DNA of 63,047 nucleotides, filler included, from Octopus bimaculoides (lineage: Eukaryota), in the NCBI RefSeq assembly GCF_001194135.2. It is 11 parts of 10 records of this genome, joined end to end, with 100 filler letters (N's around TTAATTAATTAA, not from the genome) between each part and the next. Parts side by side here need not be neighbours in the genome. Positions count along the whole stretch, not along the records: positions 11,167 to 15,346 come from NC_068998.1; positions 15,447 to 43,927 come from NC_068991.1; 9 more parts are not named here. One strand, 5' to 3'. Position numbers and translations under genes: made by a program. Shown here one piece after another: positions 12,587-25,431 of this stretch. Every line of letters starts with the position of its first letter. The stretch's first letter is position 1. Below the pieces are notes generated by a model. It worked only from the letters and a program-made list of their open reading frames with translations, did no database searches and was not told the DNA's origin.

Positions 12587-15144
12587 NNNNNNNNNNNNNN
12601 NNNNNNNNNNNNNNNNNNNNNNNNNNNNNNNNNNNNNNNNNNNNNNNNNNNNNNNNNNNNNNNNNNNNNNNNNNNNNNNNNNNNNNNNNNNNNNNNNNNN
12701 NNNNNNNNNNNNNNNNNNNNNNNNNNNNNNNNNNNNNNNNNNNNNNNNNNNNNNNNNNNNNNNNNNNNNNNNNNNNNNNNNNNNNNNNNNNNNNNNNNNN
12801 NNNNNNNNNNNNNNNNNNNNNNNNNNNNNNNNNNNNNNNNNNNNNNNNNNNNNNNNNNNNNNNNNNNNNNNNNNNNNNNNNNNNNNNNNNNNNNNNNNNN
12901 NNNNNNNNNNNNNNNNNNNNNNNNNNNNNNNNNNNNNNNNNNNNNNNNNNNNNNNNNNNNNNNNNNNNNNNNNNNNNNNNNNNNNNNNNNNNNNNNNNNN
13001 NNNNNNNNNNNNNNNNNNNNNNNNNNNNNNNNNNNNNNNNNNNNNNNNNNNNNNNNNNNNNNNNNNNNNNNNNNNNNNNNNNNNNNNNNNNNNNNNNNNN
13101 NNNNNNNNNNNNNNNNNNNNNNNNNNNNNNNNNNNNNNNNNNNNNNNNNNNNNNNNNNNNNNNNNNNNNNNNNNNNNNNNNNNNNNNNNNNNNNNNNNNN
13201 NNNNNNNNNNNNNNNNNNNNNNNNNNNNNNNNNNNNNNNNNNNNNNNNNNNNNNNNNNNNNNNNNNNNNNNNNNNNNNNNNNNNNNNNNNNNNNNNNNNN
13301 NNNNNNNNNNNNNNNNNNNNNNNNNNNNNNNNNNNNNNNNNNNNNNNNNNNNNNNNNNNNNNNNNNNNNNNNNNNNNNNNNNNNNNNNNNNNNNNNNNNN
13401 NNNNNNNNNTATGAGCAACACACACATACACACACGCATGTATGTACACCAATTGCATACATATTTTTTGTACGCATACATGTTCGTGTGTGTGTGTGTG
13501 TTGCCCGTATATCAACAAAACACACACACCTTGCCTTACATATATATACGGATAAATGATTTGAAATAAATATATTTTGGAAATGGCGATTTAAACGTGA
13601 AAATCAGACCACATGGGTTTGTTTACATCAATTCGGCAGAGATAGAGAGATCGCGCTCTCCCTCTCTTTCTCTTACACACATTTATCTCTCTTTCTTTCT
13701 TTCTCTCCCTCCCTGTCTCAGACACACAGCAACATTACACACACACACATGATGCTCTCTCACACTAACAAAACAACTTCACATACACACCACACNNNNN
13801 NNNNNATTTGTGGACGTGCATAAACCACATTCACGTACACACACACACAAACATCCCCTGTTTTATAGATATAGAGATGATATTAGTGTTCTTAAATTTC
13901 CTCTTTTTAATGTAATTTGGCTTGTTTTTCTTAGCTGAATTTCATATTGATTTCTTTGGTAAATTAGTTTACTGTCTGCAGTAATATTTTTGGCTTATTA
14001 TTTGCAACAGAGAACTTGAGATCATCCAAATGCAAAAGACTTACCTCAATCCAGAGGCGACATTAGGTGAAAGTGATTGAAAGTATGTCTACATGCAGTG
14101 AATGACCAGGAGTTGTTATGCTCTTAGATAATAAGGCTTGCTGAGATCAGGTTTTTGAACATTCAATCCACTGTTGATCTCATCCTATCACTCTGCAAGA
14201 GTCAGACTTCTCATTTAACAGTAGGCACACCCACATTTGCTAAAGGTTTGTACTGGTACTCTACTTGTTAAAGTAGTTTGCTAAAGTTTGTTAGAGAACA
14301 TATAACTTCTATACCTTCTTTGAGTCATAGGTAAGAGTTGCATACAAAGCAGAGACTAAAGGTTGATGATATGTTTTCAAAGAAACATAACAAGTGCTTT
14401 TTACAGAAATCCTAATCCAAACTGAAGGCCTATATACAATGTAACATTACCTAAGCTAGTACTTGAAGACCATATTATTATATATATGTACATTTGACAT
14501 CGCAAATAGGCAGTAAGATGAGGAAAATTCTTTTATTTGTCTTAAGGTTATCAAATAACCAATTAAACATCTAAGGTAATGATAATGTCACTGGAAGCTG
14601 GGTCTGCTTCAAAAAGGTTAAACCTTGAAACTGATTTGGTTATTGAGTTTTCTTTCCTCTTCCATCAATTCTAAGTCATTTTTAGTTGCCCAGAGAGAAA
14701 AGGAAGGTGATAGACTGATCTTCTTTCTAAACATCCATTCGTCCAACTAAAGCATTGATTACTTACTCCAGCAGTTGTAAATGATTAATCCCAGGCCAGT
14801 CCAAACTGGCGTACTTTTAACATTCTTATATCATTCTAGCTATGTGGAGATTTAATTGCTATTTGTAGCAAGGTGAACGACTCATATGGATGCTTTCATT
14901 CATATTAAAAGAACTCAGAAACTGCAATGTGTGTAACATTTTCCTTCTGTCAATTGCAATCTAATCTCTTTTATCATCTTGATACAAAACATAAAATGTA
15001 TTTTAATCTGAGTTTTCTTAGAATTTTATAATTTTGAAAAGAACAGAAAATAAAAAGAAAAAATTTTTGCATTTGTCAAAAATGTGATTATCAAAATAAA
15101 ATTTTTCAAAAATCTCAACCTGTATGTATGCTACATCCATATAA

Positions 15145-15345
15145 AGTCATCGTCATCATAAATCTGCTTTCCATGCTAGCATGGGTTGAATGAGTTCTCT
15201 CTCATTGGGAGCTACATTTCACAGAAACTAAGTGTTTATACTTGTCATTTGGCATGGTTCCTATAGCTAGATCTATGCTTTTTATTGCTAACCACTTCAC
15301 AGTACAGAGTGTACTGGGTGCATTTTCTCATGGCACCAAAAGATA
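15145..15345 (-). mobile_element. RTE 3'-tail fragment
   Basis: (CAT)n-like tail followed by CTGCTTTCCATGCTAGCATGGGTTG, as at 35745 and 19925. Confidence 0.6.
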
Positions 15346-15689
15346 CNNNNNNNNNNNNNNNNNNNNNNNNNNNNNNNNNNNNNNNNNNNNTTAATTAATT
15401 AANNNNNNNNNNNNNNNNNNNNNNNNNNNNNNNNNNNNNNNNNNNNATATATATATATATATAAAAGGTTTAGATTTAGATTAAAAATTGAATATGGTAC
15501 TTATGTTTAGGCACCAGAATATAGTATAGTATGGTATTATACAAAAACCATTCCAAAAACGAGGTGATCAAAAAATCAAAATAAGCAACACGGATTTTAA
15601 CGATGATTGCAGTACGCACGTTTCATGCTACTCCATTTATTTAAGTAATGCGAGCATTACATTAAATTGCATCACTCGAATGATTTTCT

Positions 15690-17822
15690 AACGTACCACC
15701 GGCACAAGTGCCAGTAAGGCGACACTAATAACAATCACACTCAAATGGTGCTATTTATGTTCCACTAGCACAGAAGCCAGACAGCTGCTCTGGTAATGAT
15801 CACGCTTGGATGCTGCTGTTAGTGCTCCACTGGCACAGGTGCCGGTCATCGATTATAGTTTAATTACGATTTTGATTTCACTTGCCCCAACAGGTTTTCG
15901 CAAGCAGAGTTTAGTGTCCAATGAAGTAAAGATACGAATAATTGAGCTGGCAACACTTCTGGCAGAGGCCACAGATTATGCTCTCACTTGGCTTGCCGGG
16001 TCTTCTCACGCACAGCATATTTCCAAAGGTCCCAGTCACTAGTCATTGCCTCGGTGAGGCCTAAAGTTTGAAGGTCGTGCTTCACCACCTCATCCCAGGT
16101 CTTCCTGGATCTACTTCTTCCACAGGTTCCCTCAACCGCTAGGGTGTGGCAATTTTTCACACAGCTATCCTCATCCATTCTTGCCACATAACTATACCAG
16201 CGCAACCGTCTCTCTTGCACACCACAACTAATACTTCTTTGGACAAACTTTTCTTTCAAGGTACTTACACTCTGTCAAGTATGCACACTGACATTACACA
16301 TCCATCAGAGCATACTGGCTTCGTTTCTTGCGAGCTTATGCATGTCCTCAGCAGTCACAGCCCATGTTTCACTGCCATGTAGCATGGCTGTTCGTACACA
16401 TGTATCATATAGTGTGCCTTTTACTCTGAGCGAGAGGCCCTTTGTCACCAGCAGAGGTAAGAGCTCTCTGAATTTTGCCCAGGCTATTCTTATTCTAGCA
16501 GCTACACTTTCAGCGCACCGTCTCCCACTGCTAACTTGGTCACCTAGATAATGGAAGCTATCAACTACGTCTAGTTTTTCTCCCTGGAATGTGGCAGAAG
16601 TTGTTTTCGGCACATTTTCAGTGTTTATTGCTCCTGAACATCTGCCACATACAAAAACTAACTTCCTAGTTAGCCTTCCTTTGATATTGCTGCACCTCTT
16701 ATGTGTCCATAGCTTACACTGGGTGCATCTTATAGAGTTCCTCCTACGCCTTTTCTACAGATTGAGAAGGGCCGTCTACTTTAAGAGGTTTGTGTTTTGT
16801 TTACCTTCCTACTTATTAGGACTTTTTTTTTAGCTAGGTTCACTCTAAGGCCCTTCGATTCTAAATCTTGCTTCCACACCTGAAACTTCTCTAGTTCTGT
16901 TAGTGACTCAGCAATTAGGGCAAGGTCATCAGCATAGACGAGCTCCCAGGGGCATACTGTCTTGAATTCCTGTTATTGCCTGGAGGACTATGATAAATAG
17001 GAGGGGGGCTGAGGACAAAACCTTGGTGGACTCCTACTTCTAATCAGAATTCTTCACTGTATTCGTTGCCAACCCTCACCTTACTGACAGCGTCTCTGTA
17101 CATGGCTCGCACAGCTCTCACTAACCATTCTTCTATCCCTAGTTTCCTCATTGACCACCAGATAAGGGATCAGGAAACCCTGTCAAAGGCTTTCTCCATG
17201 TCAACGAAAGCCAGGTACAGAGGTTTATCTTTGAGTAGGTATTTCTCTTGCAGCTGTTTAACCAGGAATATAGCATCAGTGGTGCTTTTCGCTGGCTCGA
17301 ACCCAAACTGCATCTCATCTAAATTGACTCTCTCCCTAATTAGTTGGGCTATGACCCTGTCCGTGACTTCCATTACTTGATCCAACAACTTCATACCTGT
17401 GTGATTATTTGTATCTAAACGTCACCTTTAACTTTGTAGCAGTTGACTATTGTGCTGCTACACCAGTCATTGGGTATGACTACTTCGTGTATCACCTGAT
17501 TGACTATACGGGTGACTAGGCTATCGCCGACACTGCCAGATATTTTGAGCCTCTCTGCAGCGATTCTTGATGGGCCGGGGGCTTTCCCTGTCTTCATACT
17601 CATAATTGCTTTATCTACCATGGTACTGTCAACTTAGATAGCTGGTCCCTCTGTTGGGTTGACCTTCGGCAGACTCTCTTTCTCCCATTCATTCTCTTTA
17701 TTGAGCAACCTTTCATAGCGGCGTCTCCAAACCTCTTTCTTTGCAGCCTCGTTTAGTGCAAGTGAACCATTATCCATGCGGACACATTTCTCTCCTACGA
17801 CATCGCGATTCTCTTTCACACA
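15690..17822 (-). mobile_element. RTE-clade LINE, 5'-truncated (RT domain, C-terminus, 3' UTR), frameshifted
   Basis: Fragments KTGKAPGP, QFGFEPAKSTTDAIF, AFVDMEKAFDR, GVHQGFVLSP, ELVYADD, VDSFHYLGD, LHGSETW, ERRLRWY. Stop at 15984. Confidence 0.95.
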
Positions 17823-18600
17823 TAGTGATACTGGATCCCCTAAATCACAAATATAGTCCGCTGACCATCCCAATTTGGCTATTGCCTGATTTGTTGCTAT
17901 AGATAAGTGTGGTCACATATTGTCATTGTGAATGTAGATCATTTTCAGTTCCTTGTTTTGTCTCTTCCTCCTAATGTCTTCTCTAAGCTTTTTGAGTGTC
18001 TTGGTGTACTGCTTGCTGTTCACAGTACAACCTATATTCCAAAAAAAATCAAGGAGAATTATGTCCTTGTCATCCCCAAAAAAACAGTTACCATGACTTT
18101 CTGTGACAATTGCTAGCTCTTGATCTTCTTAGTCCTTGGAGAAAGGATGTGACTCTATTCCATGAACTGCACCTTCATTTTTGAATCATAAATATACAGC
18201 CACATTTCATCTTCTGTCATCATCAAGTCAGAAAAAAATGTGTCTTTATTGGCTTCAAATGCTCCTATCAGATCAGAGCAGATTTCTATCTTTCTGTCCT
18301 TCAAATTGGGTGATAACTGCCAAGGTACCCACTTACTGATACCCAAAGTTTTCCATCATTTTTTGCATTGCATTGTGATTATAGCCCAGTTGTGCTCCAA
18401 GCTCATTGATTGTGTCTCATCTGTCCATGTGAAATAATTCATCCACTTGCTGGTGATTTATGTCTGACCGCAGTGAATGGTCTGTATGGATTACTCCAAA
18501 GCTTTAGCCTTTTGTGGATGTTGTAGCCCTCTTTCATCAAAAACTCCATGATGGCATATTGCTTCCACTAGGAACCATTATTTGCCTGCAATGAAGGACA
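17823..18600 (-). mobile_element. mariner (DD34D) transposase remnant
   Basis: KWVPWQL, MTEDEMW (TGDETW), KVMVTVF, IHNDN..PH, LGW and a degraded YSPDLAP just before the RTE junction. Confidence 0.85.
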
Positions 18601-18614
18601 GGAAGAAAAGTTAC

Positions 18615-19924
18615 TCTACCAACATTTATAGAGTCCATTCTCTAACTGAACAGTCAATTGTTGAACTATAAGATATTTTTCAAGAAAAGGAAGTAGAATA
18701 TTTTCCAAAAAACCTCATTACTACAAATATACCATCCCATTAGGTGCTGTGTAACTTCATCTTGAAGTGGCTGTTGTTGGAGAATTAATATCACAGTGTC
18801 AGGGCATTGAATGCCTTGGATAAAAGAGGGCCGTAAGGCACAATCCATTGTTTCCAGTTACATGCTAACCAATTTTTGTTTCAAAATTTCTATTTTGTGC
18901 TGCCTTCCCTTCATATGATGGATGTCTGTTGTCACCTATTTTCATTTCTTTACTAAAATTATTTAGATAATGTTTTCTACACTTTTTTGATCTAAGATAT
19001 AGTGGGATTGACCTTGCAATTTCATAATTTTCTTTGGTTTTGTGGAGTTTGGAAATTCTGCTTGTCTAATTAGAGTGAATTTTATGTAAAAACCAGATTT
19101 AATTATGTGAATAAGGAAGGCTCTTTTTTGCCATTCAGTTATGTACATGTGGCAACAACAGTCAAAATATGCATGATTGTTATAACATCCATCAATTTAG
19201 AAGCCTTATGAGGAAATACTCTTGCACTTAAAGCTCTACTTAAGTTTCATTCTATTCAGCATTATAAGTAAAACTTGAAAATATCAGGATGTCCATAATT
19301 TTGCACATAATTCATAGTGTCCTCTTTCTTCTCATGCATATATTTTGAGCTTCCTTTAAAACTGGATGTGTGAATACAAAGTTATCCAAGCTCAAACATG
19401 TGTAGAATTCTGAACGTAGTCCTTTAAGATGCATTCTTATGTAGCACAACCTTTCTGATTCTATTTTGATATATATATCAACAATGTAGTGATTAAAAAG
19501 ATGAATTTCATCAATCAATAAACATAATCCACACAGGATACAGTTTCTTTTGAAAGAGATTCCACCAGCTTGTAGCATACAAAAATGGTATCCATCTTCT
19601 CAGTTGTTAACAAAAAGCAATGGATATATATTGTAAAACATTGTATACAAAGTGAGTTTCATTTTTGAGTTTGATGGTTATGTCACCTTATTTTAAAACA
19701 ATATCTTGTTTACCGTGTTCTTCTCATTACATTCAGAGACATTAAACCAATGCATATATTCTTGTTGGTCTTTTGTCAGCATTGATGACAACTTAGAAAA
19801 TCCAGAAGTATATTCTAAAGCATACTGAAAGCTTCTGACATAAGAATTCTTTTTAGGAAATCTCTCCTGCAAATTTAAAATAAGTTCTGATTTTGTATTT
19901 TCTTTTGAATGTCACCTATAAAAT
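18615..19924 (-). mobile_element. Helitron Rep (RepHel) remnant, 3' part
   Basis: YPLLF..EDGYHF, FNHYIVDIYIKIESERLCYIR, MYITEWQKR (HUH motif 2 region), QWIVPYGPLLSKAFNA, DEVTQHLMGWYICSNEVFWKIF, QLENG. All are colinear Helitron Rep motifs. Confidence 0.9.
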
Positions 19925-21438
19925 ATCATCATCATCATCATTTAACATCTGTTGTCCATGCTGACATGGGTTGAACAGTTTGACCACAGCAGGTAAGCTG
20001 AGGGGCTGCACCAGACTCCAGTCTGATTTGGCATAGTTTCTATGGCTGGATGCCCTTCCTAACGCCACACACTCTGAGAATATAACGGGTGCTTTTTACG
20101 TGCCAGTTGCATGACACCAGTATCTACCATGACTACAATTTCACTCAGCTTGATGGGTCTTCTTCTCAAGCACAGCATATTGCCAAGAGTCTTGGTCATT
20201 TGTCATTGCCTCCATAAGGCACAACACATGAAAGGTGCTTTTAACATGCCATCACCATGGGTGCCAGTTATGTGACACCAGCACCGGCTACAACTATGAT
20301 TTCACTTGGCTTGACGGGTCTTCTCAAGCACGACATATTACCAAAGGTCTTGGTCACTAATCATTACCTCCGTGAGGCCCAATGTTCGAAGGTCATGCTT
20401 CACCACCTCGTCCCATGTCTTCCTGGGTTTACCTCTACTACAGGTTCCCTCCACAGTTAGAAGTCAGCTCTTCTTTACCCAGCTGTCCTCATCCATACAC
20501 ATCACATGGCCATACCTGCACAGCCATCTCTCTTGCACACCACATCAGATGCCTCTTGTGCCCAACTTTTCACACCAACATGGAGAAAGCCTTAAACAAA
20601 GTCCCCCACTCCCTTATCTGATGGTCAATGTGGAAGCTAGGGGTCAATGAGTTGTTGGTGAGAGCTCTACAAGCCATGTACAGGGGTGCTATTAGGAAGA
20701 TGAAGGTTAGCAAGAAATTCAGGGTACAAGTAGGTGTTCACCAAGGATCAGTCCTCAGCCCCCTCTTGTTCATCATAGTCCTCCAGGTAATAACAGAGGA
20801 ATTTAAGTCAGGCTGCCCTTGGGAGCTCCTCTATGCTGATGACCTTGTTCTTATAGCCAAATCACTATCAGAACTAGAGAAGAAATTTCTGACATATAAG
20901 CAAGATCTAGAATCAAAGGGCCTTAGAGTTAATCTAGCAAAAACCAAAGTTTTGGTAAGTAGGAAAGCAGACAAATCACAATCTGTAGGAATTCCATGAA
21001 ATGTACCTCGTGCAAGCTATGGACACATAAGAGGTGCAGCAATATCCAAGGAAGGTTAACTGGGAAAATAGTCTTGTGTGTGGAAGGTACAATAAACACA
21101 AAAAATGTACAGAAAACAGACTCCATCAACTGCCAGTGGGGTAAGTTAGAGGTAGTTTATAGCTTCCGTTATCTAGGTGACAAAATTAGTAGTGGAGATG
21201 GATGCTCTGAGAGTGTAGCTGCAAAAATAAGAATAGGCTGGGCAAAGTTCGGAGAGTTCCTACTTCCGCTCGCAACAAAGGGCCTCTCGCTCAGAGTGAA
21301 AGGCAGACTGTATTATGTCTGTGTGAAAACAGCTATGCTGCATGGCAGTGAAACATGGGCTGTGGCTGCCAAGGACATGCACAAGCTTGAAAGAAATGAA
21401 GCTAATATGCTTTGCTGGATGTGCAATGTCAGTGTCAA
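19925..21438 (-). mobile_element. RTE-clade LINE copy with 5' inversion (3' end on -, RT segment 20578-21438 on +)
   Basis: 19925-20577 is the (CAT)n tail, 3' UTR and EKLGTRG...WDEVVKHD on the - strand. 20578-21438 is DMEKA...YADD...NVSV on the + strand. Confidence 0.92.
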
Positions 21439-21720
21439 ACATATCTGTAAAAATTGTGATTCTCTATTCTATAAATATGTAAGTGAGCCAGTTCTGTAAT
21501 ATATTTGTCTTTGCACTTTAAAAGTTATAAAACCACTTTCCCTGGTAATTCTTGTCCCAAATGGTGTTATTTGAAAAGCCCAATTGTATTCATGAATGTT
21601 TTAGGTAAGTGTTTTGATTCTAAAGTGGTATCTAAAACAAGACTCAAAATTTGGCAACTGAGTTGCCACATTGTCCCACTTTCTAGCACTACTCATTACA
21701 TATTTTGTGATAAGTAAATG
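21439..21720 (-). mobile_element. Helitron Rep remnant, 5' part
   Basis: FQITPFG...TFKVQRQIYYRTGSL...QFLQI joins YFIGD on the other side of the RTE, giving the Helitron motif FKVQGQIYHxxGSL...FLQIYF. Confidence 0.85.
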
Positions 21721-22729
21721 TTGCACCCAGACATTGCATACATTTTCTACAAATTGTCTTTACAAAACTTCTTTTTAAATCTTATTTTTCAGTCTTTTTC
21801 ACGCTTGCATACTCCATTTATTCTTTCTTCATTTTTTAGCAATCATAAGATTGCTATTTTCTTCATTTTTTGCTATTTCTGTAATTTTCTCCTTTCTCTG
21901 CTATCTTATTTCTCTATCTTTATTACTTTCTTGTTGTCTCATCCTTCTCTCATATTCTTTCCTTTTTAGCTGTCTTATTTTTCTATCATTTTCACCTTCT
22001 GATAATTTTTACTATTATACACTGTTATTTGATGAATTTTTACTCTTTTCCTTTCATTTTTTACTGTATTGTGACGTTTCTTTTCTCTCACCATTTCTCT
22101 TCTACTCATGGTTGTTTATAAGAAAGAAAGCATCATTGTAGCCATTGTTAATTTTACCACAATAAAATACAGCTATGTTCCTTTCTGTAAGTGTTCCACC
22201 ATTTATGGTGAACAAAAGAAGAATAAAGTTGCTGCTATTTTTGCAATGAACCTAAATTCCTGCATTCTCAATTGAATAATAAGAACATTACTGCCATGTT
22301 TTCCATCCCTATTCATGTGTATGATATTCCTGCTTTATGTTATTAGAAATGAAAGAATGAAATTGCCTCCAATTGTTGCATATATACTGGGGGGTTTTTT
22401 GTTGTATTTTTCAGAAGTTCAGTAATTATTATCAGGCAGTAGAAAATTATGTTATATGCCACATTAAATTAGTGGAGCCAAAAGACAATTAACTGAAAAT
22501 GAGAGAATATATTCTAATTATAAACAGAATCTTAATAAATTAGTACTAGAAAGTTCCAGATAAATCCATTGCAAGTCAGCATATAATCTGGTTCCAAGAA
22601 GAAATTAAGTATGTATACTTCAAATGTAAGATTTCTTCTTTGAAGATAGAAGCTCGTATCATCTAATGATGGAATCAATTTACAATCATTATTTTGGACC
22701 ACTGGGTCCCCAGAAACAGCTGTTAGATT

Positions 22730-24978
22730 TGTAATACTTTCCTGTGTAGATGTAGAGATTCAAAGCTAATAGCACCTGGCTTGAATGTAATGATACCAGT
22801 GGATTCATATAAAGCTTGAAGAGTAGCAGAAAGGGCAGGACATGCCCACGTCCATGAGAGGATCCATTATAACCGTTGGAAAAAACATCAACTAAATAAT
22901 GAAATCAGAGAGAGGTTATCTTCATTACTTAGGAGAATAACCAGAGATGATGATTGAAAGAGAATCCAACAAGATCTAGAAAAGTTGTACAAGAAAGAAT
23001 TTGAAAAGGTGAAAACATGCCAGGTTAAGAAGTTTATGAAGCTCAAAGGTCAGAGAATGAAGACTGAAGTCCGTCACCCACCTGTGAAAGCAGTAATTAA
23101 CATAAGTAACCGACATCTCGAAAGCTCTGAAGAAGTGGTACTAAACAAAGGTCTCAATTTTGCAACAACCATCAAGCTCATTCCATACTTGGACATAATA
23201 GCCACTATTGAAGAGATAGCCATAAAAATATCAAAAACTCAGGAAGATGAACTAAGTTGGAAAGTGAGACAGGTACTAGAAAAAAACGAAACTTCCCAAA
23301 CCAAACATCACTAAGGAAGAAAAGTTTGCTATCAAAATACTACAGAATGACAATTCCATCATAATACTTCCAACAGACAAGGGAAATGCTACAGTGGTGA
23401 TGAACAAGTCTGACTACTCTGAAAAATTGGCAAGTCTCATAAGTGATGGTAGCTACAGCAAAGTAAAGAAAGACCCAACTCTGAAAGCAGAGAGGAAGTT
23501 GTCACAGATCTTGACCAAGAACAAGGATCACTTTATACCAATGAATTACAGGCAACTGACTCAACACTAAAGTAAGCTACCACACGTGTACGGTCTTCCT
23601 AAGAGTCACAAGGATTCCTAAGATTCCATTAGGAATTCCTAAGATTCCATTAAGACCTACAGTGAGCTGTAGAAGTTCAGCATGTCATCCACTGAGCCAC
23701 TTCCTTGTGGATATAATCAGTCCATTAGCAGGAAAGTCAACATCATACATGAAGAATTCCATCCACTTCACAGAATTGATCAAGAATATCCCCATTGGAT
23801 CCAACCTGATGGTGAGTCTAGATGTGATAAGTCTGTTCACCAAAGTCTCAACTGGTGAAGCACTATCGGTGATTCAAGTAAAACTAAAAGAACGCACTAG
23901 TATACCAATACTTGATGGAAATGTTGACCTGTGTAGATACTACCTACTTCAGAATGGACACTGATATATATCGACAGGAAGAGGGTTTAGCTATGGGTTT
24001 GCCATTATCACCGATAATAGCCAATATATTCATGGAATACTTTGAGAATTTGGCTTTAGGATGAACACCACTAAAACCAACCCTATGGCTGCGATATGTT
24101 GATGACACCTTTATACTCTGGCCCCACCAGGAAGATGTCCAAGTACTGTTAGATCATGTGAACTCAATAAAGCCATCCATTCAGTTCACAATGGAAAAGG
24201 AAAAAGACAATCAGCTAGCATTCCTGGGTGTATTAATAACACACATCAAGTATGGATCCAATACATCTGTATACCGTAAGCCAGCTTTCACCAGACGATA
24301 TCTCAACTTCAATTCCCACCATCCATACAGTGTAAAGAGGGGGATTGCTCAGTGCCTAAAACATCAAGCAAAGAATATAAGTAGCGATCCTGATACAGAC
24401 CATGAAGAAATGATCAAGCTAAGTAACAATCTATTAAGCAACAACTACCCCAAAAGCATACTATCCACTCCAATTAAGAAGAGAAGAGAGGATGAAACCC
24501 ATAAACTGACCACAGTCTGTCTACCCTATGTGAAAGGCCTTTCCGAAAAGTTACAAAAGATATGCAGCCAGTATAACATCAGGACAGTATTCAAGAGTAA
24601 TAAAATACTTCACAAATATCTCCTTTGAATAAAACCACCAATAGAAGAGAATATGACCAAAGACTGTGTGTACTCCATCTCATGCAGCTGTGAAACATGC
24701 TGCCCCTCAAAATAAGGGTAGAGAGACATCGTAAACCTGTGACATGAGGAGATATTGATAAATCGGGTATAGCTGATCATGTATGTAAAAACGGAGACCA
24801 CCTACCCCTGTGGGATGAAGTTAAAATAGTAGACAGAGAACACCACTGGAAAATAGGAAAACTAAAAGAGGCAGCACATATACTAGGACATAATAACCTC
24901 CTAAGCAGACTGAGTGCAGATATGAATAGCATATTAGAACCAGTATTAGGGAAGGATAGGAAAATATTAGATTTATAA
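22730..24978 (+). mobile_element. Penelope-like element (Penelope/Poseidon type), near-complete decayed ORF: RT plus C-terminal GIY-YIG endonuclease
   Basis: N-terminal FLCRCRDSKLIAPGL; VLNKGLNFA; TDKGNATVV; YGLPKSHK; SLDVISLFTKV; LAMGLPLSP; WLRYVDD; VYRK...LNFNSHHP; CLPYVKG; VYSISCSC; SGIADH. Stop at 24976-24978. Several stops and frameshifts. Confidence 0.95.
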
Positions 24979-25007
24979 CCCCTAAAATTCACTCCATAAT
25001 TGCCCAT

Positions 25008-25078
25008 GGGCATATGGCACAGTGGTTAAGAGCGTGGGCTACTAACTCCAAGATTCCAAGTTCGATTCCAGGCAGTGA

Positions 25079-25110
<32 letters not shown>

Positions 25111-25280
25111 TTGAAAAATACCTTAGGAATGAGAACCCAGATTTGAAATTTACCCCAGGACACCTGAAGAAGGCTGGAGAGTATATCAGCTGAAACATTG
25201 TGTTAAGAAACAAGATGAGGATAAATATCCGACAAATGTAAATAATGTACATAATTCCTCATCTCTCAAATATAGAACTG
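25008..25280 (+). mobile_element. tRNA-head + (AAT)n + hammerhead unit at the 3' end of the PLE (terminal repeat or SINE)
   Basis: A box TGGCACAGTGG at 25015-25025, B box GTTCGATTCC at 25060-25069, (AAT)n, hammerhead motif at 25159-25204. Homologous to 38888-39038(-), 40166-40615(-) and 40618-40830(+). Confidence 0.9.
25159..25204 (+). ncRNA. Minimal type I hammerhead ribozyme motif, family 1 (stem III mutated)
   Basis: GACAC-CTGAAGA-A-GGCTG(loop)CAGCT-GAAA-CA-TT-GTGTT. The ACGT palindrome has become ACAT. Confidence 0.7.
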
Positions 25281-25431
25281 TTTTAATATTCTTTGTAACT
25301 TGCTTATCCTTACATTTACTCCTCCATCCACTCAAGTTTAAACTGCTTGAGTACTACTAAGTGTATTCGATACAGAGAATATCTAATTCTCATCGATAAA
25401 CTATATATATATACACACACACACATACATA

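Noticed and set aside
19574-19657. Exon-like segment with donor GTGAGT (and GTAAGT at ~21605)
   Set aside because: Both lie within the antisense Helitron remnant, which explains the sequence.
25008-25080. tRNA gene (apparent ACT anticodon loop), also 4821-4849, 40618-40680 and 53085-53162
   Set aside because: Acceptor and T stems do not pair and the sequences run into repeat bodies. These are SINE-type heads, not tRNAs.
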